Below, piece by piece: positions 13,145-24,879 of a stretch of 64,000 nt of DNA. The notes below the pieces were generated by a model. It saw nothing but the letters and a program-made list of their open reading frames with translations, was not told the origin of the DNA and ran no database searches. How positions within the stretch are numbered: position 1 is the stretch's first letter; every line of letters begins with the position of its first letter. Source of the DNA: Squalus acanthias (lineage: Eukaryota); assembly GCA_030390025.1 (NCBI GenBank), contig CM059433.1, positions 10,480,001 through 10,544,000 of the forward strand. The letters are read 5' to 3'. The translations under genes were made by a program, and so were the position numbers.

Positions 13145-13357
13145 GCTTTATAGCCTCGCTGCTCCACTCACTTCTCGCCCAGGTCCGCCGCTGTAAAAGA
13201 GGGGCCTACCTGGATACCGCAGGCTTTTTAGCCTCGCTGCTCCACTCACTTCTCGCCCAGGTCCGCCACTGTAAAAGAGGGGCCTACCTGGATACCGCAG
13301 GCTTTTATAGCCTCGCTGCTCCACTCACTTCTCGCCCAGGTCCGCCTCTGTAAAAGA
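13145..13357 (-). promoter_or_regulatory. 78-bp tandem monomers (2.7 copies) at the CR1 5' end, putative internal promoter
   Basis: Units start at 13145, 13223 and 13301. The sense strand has GCTATAAA(A)G in two units (mutated in the middle one), about 30 nt upstream of the next unit's CTCTTTTACAG. Confidence 0.65.
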
Positions 13358-13467
13358 CTCTTGCTGGGATATGGCGCCATGGGCACTGGCTGACCGCCAG
13401 TATTTCACCCAATCGGCCATTGTTCCTGTGTGAACATAGACATTGAGTATCTGCCGGATGTTTGAAC

Positions 13468-13889
13468 ATGAGAATGTCTTGGGTTCAAGTCCCACTCCAG
13501 AGACGGCACACAATCTAGGCTGGCACTTCAGTGCAGTACTGAGTGAGTGCTGCACTGTCAGAGGTGCCATCTTTCAGATGAGACGTTAAACTAAGGCTCT
13601 GTCTACCTTCTCAGGTGGGTGTAAAAGATCACATGGCACTGTTCGAAGAAGAGCAGGGGAATTCTCCTGGTGGCCTGGCCGATATTTATCAACATCACTA
13701 AAATAGATTACCTGGTCATTTATCTCATTGCTGTTTGCGGGACCGTGCTGTGTGCATCTTGATGACCAAATTTCCCTATATTACAACAGCTACCACACTT
13801 CAAAAGTATATAATTGGCTATGAAGTGCTTTGGGATGTCCTAATCCCATAAAAGGCGCTATATAAATGCAAGTTCTTTCGTTCTTTCTT
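13468..13889 (+). mobile_element. SacSINE1-like SINE
   Basis: B box GGGTTCAAGTCCC, central domain and L2-like tail. Confidence 0.85.
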
Positions 13890-14867
13890 ATGGGGGATTC
13901 ACAGCCAAGCCCGATCCTGTCCAAGTCGGACGACACCGAAGGGAGGAGGGGGGTCACTAGATAACAATCAGCAACCCCGAGGGCCGTTGGAACGGATTGT
14001 CGTACCTCAGCTGCTGCCCCGGCAGAGAACAGCTCAGTCAGCAGAGACTGAGAATTGCCCCAGCCACAATCTGTCTGTGTGACCTAATTCTAACCACAGT
14101 GTCTTTATGCACGAAGCCGTCAGGGAGGCTGTCTAATCATCCTGGTTTGTGCTGCCGGAGGCTTTAACTAGCGAGAGCACCACTGGGGAAAAAAAAAACC
14201 TTGGATATACGAAGATCCAAACAGCCAGCCCCAGAGCAGAAACAGGACTCGAGAGAGGACTGAATTTCAAATGGCCCCAATGCACCCTGACATCATGGGA
14301 TTTGCAGTCCAAATCGAGGGAGCTCCCATCAAGTGGAAATGCTAAAATGCGCACTTGAACTCGGAACAAATGACAAAATGGAATAAGGAAACAATGCAAA
14401 CTGACAGGGTAGAAATTCCTGTCAGCTTTCTGTTCCGGTGGGAATGGCGTGATGCGGAAGATCCCGCCGACATTTCCTGCAGGGGCAATCTCACCCAACA
14501 TTCTTGATTTGTCTTTATTACTGAGTCAACTCAAGCTCCTGCTCACACAGCAAGCTGCCTGAAGGAAACTTTGGACAGCCGACAGGAATTTCAAACATGC
14601 TTGGTTCTCACCTGGTCAGCAACAGAAGGGGATTGAAGTTGCATTACTTTTGTTAAGTGGAGGGCTCTGGAAAGCACAGGCTCTAGATTCCATGGGGGAT
14701 GCTCTTTAATCGATGCTGGATGAAGTGCCGCCCTCCATGGCACTCAAAAGAGTGGTTCAAAGTATCCGGAAGGAGATAGCAGACAGGATGAATGCTGCCA
14801 GAAATACCTAGAGGATGAGGCTTGAAATGAGGAAGCAAATGGGAGACATGAGGGAAGCTGACAATGT

Positions 14868-15333
14868 AAAAGGAAAGACTCGCATTTCTATAGCGCCTTT
14901 CATGACCACCGGACATCTCAAAGCACTTTACAGACAATGAAGTACTTTTTGGAGAGTAGTCGCTGCTGTAATGTAGGAAACACGGCAATTGGCACACAGC
15001 AAGCTCCCACAAACAGCAATGTGATAATGACCAGATAATCTGTTTTTGTTATGTTGGTTGAGGGATAAATACTGGCCAGGACACCAGGAATAACTCCCCT
15101 GCCCTTCTTCGATATAGTGCCATGGGATCTTTCAGATCCACCTGAGAGAGCAGACGGGGCCTCGGTTTAATGTCTCATCTGAAAGACGGCACCTCTGACA
15201 GTGCAGCACTCCCTCAGCACTAGCACTGGAGTGTCAGCCTAGCTTTATGTGCTCAAGTCCCTGGAGTGGGACTTGAACCCACAACCTTCTGACTCAGAGG
15301 TGAGTGTGCTACCCACTGAGCCACAGCTGACAC
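14868..15333 (-). mobile_element. SacSINE1-like SINE, full length
   Basis: A box GGCTCAGTGGGTAG, B box GGTTCAAGTCC, and tail AAAGGCGCTATAGAAATGCGAGTCTTTC. Confidence 0.9.
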
Positions 15334-15382
15334 TGTAAAGTGCCTATAGTCATGTTACTGCCCCAAGTATACCTGCTACTGA

Positions 15383-17268
15383 GGGGGAGAAATTCATTAT
15401 AGCCCCGTTTGGGGCGCTGAATTAGTTTGGAAAATTAGCGCCAGGCGCTAATGTTTCTAAACTTTAAAAAAATTTGGTTTTGCGCTCCAAGAAGGAAGTG
15501 GAGCGCTAAACCAAGCAACCGTCAGCAGGTGGGGCGGAGACTTCAGCAGAGCAGCACACTGGGCCGTGCAGCGCTGCCGCGTTCAAAGGTTCCTTCCCTC
15601 CCTTAAATTTACCTACCTGGACCACCAAGGCAGTCACGATCCAGCGCGATCAGCCCGGCACACAAGCAGAGTGCCGGGCTGATCGATCGCGGGCAGGAAC
15701 CCGTGAAAAAAAAGGGGAACATGAAAGGAAAGTTTTTTTTTACTTACCTCGGCCACCTTGAAATATAGAAACATAAAATATAGGAGCAGGAGTAGGCCAT
15801 TCGGCCCCTCTAGCCTGCTCCGCCATTCAATGCGATCATGGCTGATCATCCAAATTCAGAACCCTGTCCCTGCTTTCTCCCCATATCCCTTGATCCCTTT
15901 AGCCTTAAGAAATATATCTAACTCTTTCTTGAATATATTTAATGGATTGGCCTCAACTGCCTTCTGTGGTAGAGAATTCCACAGGTTCACCACTCTCTGG
16001 GTGAAGAAATTCCTCCTCATCTCAGTCCTAAATGGCTTACCCCTTATCCTTAGACTGTGACCCCTGGTTCTGGACTCCCCCGCCATCGGGAACATCCTTC
16101 CTGCATCTAGTCTGTCTAGTCCTGTTAGAATTTTATAAGTTTCAATGAGATCCCCTCTCATTCTTCTAAACTCTAGCGAATATAAGCCTAATCGACCCAA
16201 TCTCTCCTCATATGTCATTCCTGCCATCCCAGGTATCAGTCTGGTGAATCTTCGCTGCACTCTCTCCATGGCAAGAACATCCTTCCTCAGATAAGGCGAC
16301 CAAAACTGCACACAATATTCAAGTTGTGATCTCACCAAGGCCCTGTACAACTGCAGCAAGACATCCTTGCTCCTGTACTCGAATCCTCTCGCTATGAAGG
16401 CCAACTTACCATTTGCCTTCTTAACCGCCTGCTGCACCTGCATGCTTACCTTCAGCGACTGGTGCACAAGGACACCCAGGTCTCGTTGCACTTCCCCTTT
16501 TCCCAATCTATTGCCAGTCAGATAATAATCTGTCTTCCTGTTTTTGCCACCGAAGTGGATAACCTCGCATTTATCCACATTATACTGCATTTGCCATGCA
16601 TCTGCCCAATCACCCAACCTGTCCAAATCATACTGGAGTTTCTCTGCATCCTCCTCACAGCACACACGCCCACCCAGCTTTGTGTTGTCTGCAAACTTGG
16701 AGATATTACATCTAGTTCCCTCGTCTAGATCATTAATATATATTGTGAATAACTGGGGTCCTAGCACCGATCCCTGCGGTACCCCACTAGTCACTGCTTG
16801 CCACTCGGAAAAAGACCCATTTATTCCAACTCTTTGCTTCCTGTCTGCCAACCAGTTCTCTATCCAAGTCAGTACCTTACCCCCAATCCCATGTGCTTTA
16901 GCTTTGCACGCTAATCTCTTATGCGGGACCTTATCGAAAGCCTTCTGAAAGTCCAAATACACCACATCCACTGGTTCTCCCTTATCTATTCTACCAGTTA
17001 CATCCTCAAAAAATTCCAGTAGATTAGTCAAGCATCGCCTTTAATCATCGCCCCCGAAACGGCCGCCCGCCCGATGCACGCCTCCTGCAGCTGTCGGTGT
17101 TTTCGCCTGGTGATGCTACAGGGGGCGGAAGCCAATTTCGGGTCCGGGGCGCTACTGGGGCGATGCGCACAGCGATGACGTCACGATCTCCGAGCGAAGG
17201 CCGAATATGGTAGGAGTCGATATCAGTGCTGCGCCCGGTCGCAAAGCCCGGCACCCAATTTCGCCCCC
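15383..17268. mobile_element. Harbinger-type MITE split by a CR1 insertion
   Basis: Ends GGGGGAGAAATT (15383) and AATTTCGCCCCC (17268); GCGCC-rich subterminal sequence resembles 3383-4275. TSD not preserved. Confidence 0.7.
15762..17035 (-). mobile_element. 5'-truncated CR1 with an uninterrupted RT C-terminal frame
   Basis: ORF 15856-17031 (391 aa) with DFQKAFDKV, GVPQGSVLGP and FADN. Confidence 0.93.
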
Positions 17269-18407
17269 AAAGTCTTTGCTAATAACCTGTTGCTCTTTTA
17301 TTGTCTCCCCATGCAAAACATTCAGGCAACTTTACTGCTCCTGGATTGCTTACCATGCATGGCAATTGCTGCAGGACGCCAATTCAAGCTGTAACTTATG
17401 ACTGAAACTATTGTCACGTTGACTTCTTAACAGGGCTTCAAATGGCAGATCCTTCCAACGCAACCTAGCAATGTTAAAACCGAGGTTTTTCAGTTTCTAC
17501 TTTTAACATCAAAAACTGGACGAAAATCGAGGGGACAAATTCCGATGAAAAGCTGCAATACAGACTTAAATCCATACATCTTTGGAATCAGTGAAAGCTC
17601 AATCAGAACCGTGGAAGAATATGGTATTGAAGCATAATGTGAGGAAGACATCAGCATCTGCAGCCACCATTGAGCTCCTTCAATGGCTCAGTTGGTGAAG
17701 GTCAGGGGTATTGAGCTACCCACACCGGAGGATCCCGGGGCTTCGATTTTATTGCGGGGCTGAACCCTTCTGTGTTAAGAGGGCCTGGGCGAACAACAAG
17801 CTCGTGTCGTGAGGCCCGGAGAGATTTGAACTCCAGGCTTCATTTCCGTATCCAGGCCCTGACTCCCATGCGAACCGGGCAGAAATCACCGCAGGCCAGT
17901 GAGGTGCGGGGGGGGGGGGTGAGCAAAAATTTAAGTGTCAGGAACCACAGGAATGGAGCCTGGCAATCAGGTGAGTGGTTGGGGGGTGGGGTGGGGCTGA
18001 TCACGATCAGTGGCGGGAGAGAGATACCTCGGGTAAGGGCGGCCCAAGCTTTCTCTGTGGGGCCCGGAGGAGCACTCTTGCTCTTTTGTGTCTTTAGTGT
18101 ACCCGTGGTCTCTGCGATTCCCCCGCACATCCTGTGCAACACAATGGGAGCAATATTCAAATGAGCTGACCTCATCGTGTCACGTGATTTCACCTCAGTT
18201 GGGTGCATGTGCGGGCACAGGGGGTGGCCCGATGAACACTGTGGCCCCGCTGCTCTGGGACCGTGGTATTGGCTCCTCGGTGGTCCCTGATCGTCACAGC
18301 GTGATCCCTGCTGGAACGCATGTGTGGGCATGGACACAATCGAGTTCAGCTGGTAAAGAGCCAGCTGACGCTGACTGTCGAGGCTCGAAGATGAGGACTG
18401 GGAGATA

Positions 18408-19284
18408 ATGGAGGCCAGCCAATGCAATATCGTCACTGGAGTCAGTGCTTTCAGCAGAGAAGGGGCTAAAAGGGAACAAAACTTGTGCACACACATAAGA
18501 AGCAGAGAAGGTTGAGGGAGGAGAGTCACTTCATGTACATCTACAATCTGCTGAAGCGACTTCACCCGAACACCAGCCTCTCCTCCAAGGCCATGAGCAT
18601 CGTGAACTCCTTTGTGAATGATGTGTTTGGAGCACATCGTGGGTGAAGCTTCCTGCCCAGCCCATTACAACCAGCACTTGGCCATCAGGTCTAGAACGCC
18701 GTATGCCTGCTGCTGCCTGGGTGAGCTGGCCAAACGCGCCGTGTCGGAAAGACTGCGACATAAGAAACATAAAAACATAAGAAATAGTAGCAGGAATAGG
18801 CCACTTGGCCCCTCGAGCCTGCTCCGCCATTCAATAAGATCATGGCTGATCTTGGGCTCAAAGCCACTTCCCTGCCCGCTCCCCATAACCCTTCACTCCC
18901 TTATCTTGCAAAAATTTGTCTATCTCCACCTTAAATGTATTTAATGACCCAGCCTCCACGGCTCTCTGGGGCAGAGAATTCCACAGATTTACGACCCTCT
19001 GACAGAAGAAATTCTTCCTCATCTCGGTTCTAAAAGGGCGACCCTTTATTCTGAAACTATGCCCCCGAGTTCTAGATTTCCCCACGAGGGGAAACATCCT
19101 CTCTGCATCTACCTTGTCGAGCCCCCTCGGTATCTTACATATTTCAATAAGATCACCTCTCATTCTTCTGAATTCCAATGAGTATAGGCCCCAACCTGCT
19201 CAACTTTTCTTCATAAGTCAACCCCCTCATATCAGGAATCAACCTAGTGAATCGTCTCTGATTAAGTGCACCAGCTCCAACTGA
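18408..19284 (+). pseudogene. H2B: histone H2B pseudogene interrupted by a CR1
   Basis: Reads [83 protein letters not shown]. After the CR1 it resumes as IKCTSSN* at 19261-19284, equivalent to H2B TKYTSSK*. Confidence 0.9.
18759..19260 (-). mobile_element. CR1 3' fragment
   Basis: ORF 18858-19178 ([11 protein letters not shown]...LWNSLP) plus 3' UTR and tail. Confidence 0.9.
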
Positions 19285-20126
19285 TGCTCCACAATGTATT
19301 GAAAAACACACACACACACAACAAAAATAGTTGCTCATGCGTGTCACCAAGGTGGCAACAATAACGTGTGCTCTATTGCCTCATCACTTTCTCCGTAAAA
19401 TAAAACGTTGTCATGAAGGCAGCACTCATTCAGCAAATAAAGACCTGTAAATAGCAAACTGATCCAGGATAATCAAAATCAGCGTGGATATATTTGAAAT
19501 AGATTAATATAATCATAATGACAGCAGACAAGGCGACTTTAATTAAATTTTACGAATTTGCATCTCTGGCGTGGAGCTTTTCCCACCGAAAGTGGGAACT
19601 CTTAAATGTATACCTCACGGAATCAACAAGTGCCACTCCAACCACGGAAAGAAGCATTGACTGCTGCTGCACTTAGCTTGCAGCTCTGCAGAGGGTCAGG
19701 TCAATGAGGCAGTGGTGCTGCCTCCAGTGAGTCAGCGGATCACTTGGCGATGAGGTTTCTCGCTACCACTGGAGGTAGCAGGCCTGCTCCAGCAATGTAA
19801 ACAGTGACTGCCAGCTGCTCTGGATCCTGCTGTCTGTCCAGTGTTAAGGCAGCTGAAGGGCTGGCACGAGCTGCACGCCCCAAACCCCAGTGGTCACAAC
19901 GTGATCAGCAGGCGAGAGTCAGTGAGGATCCTCGGGAGTCGAGGAAGACTGGAAAATGGGATTGGAGGCCCCGGGGGGGGGCGGGGGCAGAGATGGGCAA
20001 TGGGGGTCGGTGGATAAGGAGACTGGGGAATGAGGGTCAGAGAAAGAGGGATAAGGGAGAGGTGGTGGGGTCAGAGAAAGGGGGAATGGGGTCAGGAGGA
20101 GGGAAATGGGGTCAGAGAGAGAGGGA

Positions 20127-20305
20127 GCCCAGAGAGCTGTGGATGCTCAGTCATTGAGTATATTCAAGACGGAGATCGATAGATTTTTTGGACTCTAGGG
20201 ATATGGGGATAGTGCGGGAAAGGTCGATTATCAGCCATGATCTTATTGAATGGCGGAGCAGGCTCGAGGGGCCGTACGGCCTACTCCTGCTCTTATTTCT
20301 TATGT
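20127..20305 (+). mobile_element. CR1 3' end
   Basis: CAGCCATGATCTTATTGAATGGCGGAGCAGGCTCGAGGGGCCG 3' UTR motif. Confidence 0.8.
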
Positions 20306-20492
20306 AAACGTTGTAACCATCAGCATTACTGCCTTTGCAGTGCTGGCTCCTGTAGGCCTTTGGGGGAAGCTAGTGTGGCAGCTCGAGATTAAAGTTGCCT
20401 CAGGAACGTCGCTGGTTCGATTCCAGTCTGTGCTGAGTCAGCTGGTCTCTGCTGGGGCCGTAGAAATTGTTCTCAGTGCTGATGGGTTAGGT

Positions 20493-20962
20493 AAAGAAAG
20501 ACTTGCATTTATATAGCGCCTTTCGTGACCACCGGATATCTCAAAGCGCTTTACAGCCAATGAAGTACTTTTGAAGTGGAGTCACTGTTGGAATGTGGGA
20601 AACACAGCAGCCAATTTGCACACAGCAAGCTCCCACAAACAGCAATGTGATAATGACCAGATAATCTGTTTTTGTTATGTTTTTGGTTGAGGGATAAACA
20701 TTGGGCAGGACACCAGGGCTAATTCCCCTGCTCTTCTTCGAAATAGTGCCTTGGGATTTTTTACATCCACTTGGGAGAGCAGACGGGACCTCGGTTTAAC
20801 GTCCCATCCGAAAGACAGCTCCTCCGACAGTGCAGCGCTCCCTCAGCACTGCACTGGAGTGTCAGCCTAGCTTTATGTGCTCCAGTCCCTGGAATGGGGA
20901 CTGTGAACCCACAACCTTCTGACTCAGAGGCGAGGGTGCTACCCACTGAGCCACAGCTGACA
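20493..20962 (-). mobile_element. SacSINE1-like SINE, full length
   Basis: Colinear with 14868-15333. Confidence 0.9.
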
Positions 20963-21140
20963 GTATGATCAGAATTTCCTCTTTTGACTGCCAGCCATGG
21001 AACCAGCTGCATGCGCATGTGTGTGGGCATTGAGCTTGGAACGATGCCCCTGCAGTCAAAGAGCCTGTGATACTCACTGCCATGGCTCGCACAATGGCTA
21101 CTTGGACAAGGTATCAGACAGTGCCCAGCGTGATGCCTGG

Positions 21141-21620
21141 CTGATACCTGGGATGGCAGGAATGACATATGAGGAGAGATTGGGTCGATTGGGCTTATAC
21201 TCGCTGGAGTATAGAAGAATGAGAGGGGATCTCATCGAAACATATAAAATTCTGACAGGTCTGGACAAACTAGATGCAGGAAGAATGTTCCCGATGGTCG
21301 GAGAGTCCAGAACCAGGGGTCATAATCTAAGGATAAGGGGTAAGCCATTTAGGACAGAAATGAGGAAGAATTTCTTCACCCAGAGAGTGGTGAACCTGTG
21401 GAATTCTCTACCACAAAAGGTAGTTGAGGCCAAGTCATTAAATATATTCAAGAATGAGTTAGATATATTTCTTAAAGCTAAAGGTATCAAGGGATATGGG
21501 GAGAAGGCAGGGACAGGGTACTGAGTTTGGATGATCAGCCATGATCTCATCGAATGGCAGAGCAGGCTCGAGGGGCCGAATAGCCTATTCCTGCTCCTAT
21601 CTTCTATGATTCTATGTTTA
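21141..21620 (+). mobile_element. CR1 3' fragment
   Basis: [23 protein letters not shown]...; same subfamily as 15762-17035. Confidence 0.92.
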
Positions 21621-22094
21621 CTAAGAAATCAGTACCTTTGACGGGGAAGAAAATTACCAGGAAAAAAGTGCCTCAATTTTCAAATAAGGTAAACAGGGAT
21701 AGCACAACATTTGGAGCTAAGTGAGAGTGAACAGCCACTATTTAATGCAGTTCTGTATAACAAGTGCTTTCCCATTAGACACAAGCAGTACGTAGGAAAT
21801 CTGCCATTTAACAGTAATTAGTCACTGCTGAAGCTATGGAGGTGAGGCCCAAATTTCTTAACAAAGACATCAACATCAACAGCTAGATTAACACCTCCAC
21901 TGATCGCACCCGGTCACAAGAATGAAACCAGACGATAGGAAATGTCCTCTTCTCCTGAGACCTGGTGCTGTGTTCCGGGGCTCAGCATTTGCCCTTGTCT
22001 GGTTCAACTGTTTTCACATAATGCCAACCCGCGCTGCCGCTGTCGCTTCCCGACGCACGGGCCTCTCACAGCCAGCTGCACCCCACGGGTAGAC

Positions 22095-23212
22095 CTATTG
22101 CTGGCTGGCTTCAGGACAGAAAGCAGAGAGTGGGAGTAAAGGGTAGCTATTCACAGTGGCAGAAGGTGGGTAGTGGTGTTCCACAAGGATCAGTGCTGGG
22201 ACCACTGCTGTTCACAATTTACATTAACGATTTAGACTTTGGAATCAAAAACACAATTTCTAAATTTGCGGATGACACCAAATTGGGGGGGATAGTCAAT
22301 ACTGAGGAGGACTGCAACAAGTTACAGGAGAACATTAATAAACTTGCAGAATGGGCATATAATTGGCAAATGAAGTTCAACACAGAAAAATGTGAGGTAT
22401 TACATTTTGGTAGGAAAAATAGGGAGGTCACTTATCACTTGGAGGGTGCGAGTCTAGGTGGGGTAGAGGAACAAAGGGATCTCGGAGTACAAATACACAA
22501 ATCACTAAAAGTTGCGACGCAGGTTAGCAAGGCCCTAAAAAAAAGCAAACCAAGCACTAGGGTTTATTTCTGGAGGGATAGAATTGAAAAGTAGGGAAGT
22601 TATGCTAAACCTGTATCGAACCTTGGTTAGACCACACTTGGAGTACTGCGTGCAGTTCTGGTCACCATATTATAAAAAGGATATAGAGGCACTGGAGAGG
22701 GTGCAGAGAAGATTTACAAGGATGGTACCAGAAATGCGAGGGTATACAGATCAGGAAAGGATGAACAGGCTGGGTCTCTTTTCTCTTGAAAAAAGAAGGC
22801 TGAGGGGTGACCTAATAGAGGTCTTTAAAATTATGAAAAATTTTAATAGAGTGGATACAGAGAGAATGTTTCCACTTGTGGGGAAGAGCATAACTAGAGA
22901 CCATCAATATAAGATAGTCACCAAGAAATCCAATAGGGAATTCAGAAGAAACTTCTTTACCCGAAGAGTGGTGAGAATGTGGAACTCGCTACCACAGGGA
23001 GTGGTTGAAGCGAATAGTATAGATGCATTTAAGGGGAGGCTAGACAAGCATATGAGGGAAAAGGGAATAGAGGGTTATGCTGATAGATTCAGATGAGGAA
23101 AGACGGGAGGAGGCTCGAGTGGAGCATAAATGCCGGCATGGACTGGTTGGGCCGAATGGCCTGTTTCTGTGCCATATATCCCATGTAATCCGATGTAATC
23201 CTATGTAATCCT
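22095..23212 (+). mobile_element. CR1 3' fragment, different subfamily
   Basis: ORFs 22130-22594 and 22584-23096 (GVPQGSVLGP, FADD); tail (ATGTAATCC)n. Confidence 0.92.
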
Positions 23213-24259
23213 TTGCAGTACAATGTTTTTCCTGCAAGTTTCTCCCTTTATTGCTTCTTTTGTGAAGCTATTTACAACGGTAAATCGGTCACAGGCAGCC
23301 TGTAATCCCTCACCGAATCTTCATGTGGGAACTTGGACTGTAAAAGAGTTTGCAGGCTGCTCCACTGTGGAGGCCTGGCAATGAAGCCTGGGATCCTGTC
23401 CTTATCCGGGATAATCACACCACGGCAGCTCAAAACAGAAACCCCTGCCTGCGGGTTTGCCTGCTCGGCCCAAGGGTGCTAAGCCTGTTGTAGCTGATCC
23501 CAGAACGGATCAGCCGTAGCCCACCACTTATTGAACTTGCAGCTTTCAGCTCTGGGTGGCTTAGCATTACATCAGTCAGTGCCTTTATGCACTCGGCATT
23601 GGAAAAAACTCCACGCAGAGATTTTTAATTCACCATGGGTCGATAAGAATATGGGAAGGGTGGGGAGAAGGAAGGAGAAAATGATGGATGCTCGGCTGTA
23701 AGCAATGGGGTTTGAGGTCAGGACTCCAACCTCCGTTTCATGCCGGCAGCCATCCAAATGAGTCGCAGGGCGCGACCTATCTGTGGGTAGATCTCATTGG
23801 TGACCTTGGTGCCAATTTGGAAAGTAGACTTCAGCCATTTGCAGTGGCAAACCGGCTTAGATTTTGATGCCAACTCAAGGTTCGTTTATCACTGTGAAGC
23901 TGTTTGAATTGCTCTCCGATCTGGGCCCCAGACAAGCAGTTTGAAATGTTCTGAAGAAATCAAAGCCTAGGTTTTCTGATTGGGCATGAACCTGACTGGA
24001 AGTTGGATGGCGGTCCGATCACTCTCGCCCGACATGCAGAGAACTGAAATCGGCTGCATTTCTGGGGTCTGCCTAATTCTAATAACATGGGGGAGCTCAA
24101 GGCAGCGCAGAGCACCCCTCATTAGGAGCTTGTCCACGGAGGAGCAGGAAATCGCAAGTTTTGAAGTCCTGCAGCAGCGTAAATGGGCAGGCATCGCTTT
24201 GGTTAACAATTCAGAAACAGCAAGTTTACTAGCTACAAAAGCCTACCAGGAGTGCAGTA

Positions 24260-24470
24260 GGCCACAGACCAGCTTGGTTCTCCGATAGGACCACTGAAAT
24301 TCTTCTGGAGGAAGTGACCCAGAGGAGATGGGGGCCTCTTCAACAGTGCGTAATGCAGGGCCCCAGGGAACTGTCAGGGGACTGGGAAGAGGTTTCCTAC
24401 AGCGTGAGTGCCAGCTCAAGCACACCATGGACTTGGAACCGGTACAGAAAAAAGTTTAATGACCGTTACC
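24260..24470 (+). pseudogene. degenerate Harbinger Myb/SANT exon remnant
   Basis: WEEVSYSVSASSSTPWTWNRYRKKFND aligns by eye with WLQVAQEVNAISMCRRTWLQCRKRFRD at 35228-35467. Confidence 0.6.
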
Positions 24471-24879
24471 AAGAATTGAGAACCCATATTAATGCAGCAT
24501 GTGAAGCATGTTTAGCACAGAAGATTACCTTCCTGTCACACAGTCTTACCTGAATGAAGCAGTGGGGCGCCATTTATACCCCCAGCCATGTAAAACCGAC
24601 TGTGGCACTATGACAGAAGGAGACCCAGAGCAACAGCTACAAAAAAGACACTGGAAAGGAAAAAAATACACCCGAGAAAAGCTCGAGCCTTCCACAGTTT
24701 CAGTGTTAGCACTGGTCTCTCTAAACTGATATCCGCTTGCAGTTTAGTACCTGGCCATCCCGAACACCCAGGGGTAGAATTTCCTCAGGGGATTATAGCT
24801 CTCCACCCACCCCCCGCCCCGCCCCCCCCCCACCCCCCCCACCACCTCCAACCCTACTTCCTTCTGTGTCCATCCCTGG

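Larger units (their letters stand above)
8263..13357 (-). mobile_element. full-length CR1 LINE (about 5.1 kb) with few lesions
   Basis: Colinear 5' UTR tandem repeats, ORF1, ORF2 (endonuclease plus RT), 3' UTR and (TTCTTATG)n tail. Confidence 0.95.

Noticed and set aside
12638..13357. Repeat arrays as a possible CRISPR array
   Set aside because: There are no unique spacers and no cas genes. The context is eukaryotic and the units form the CR1 5' UTR.
15260..15333. tRNA genes at A/B-box sites
   Set aside because: These are tRNA-derived SINE heads that continue into SINE bodies, with no complete cloverleaf.
17840..18637. 265-aa minus-strand ORF
   Set aside because: It overlaps GC-rich repeat remnants and the antisense strand of the H2B pseudogene, and has no recognisable domain.
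19320..19350. Histone 3' stem-loop after the H2B remnant
   Set aside because: The position is plausible, but the sequence does not form the GGCTCTTTT.AGAGCC hairpin.
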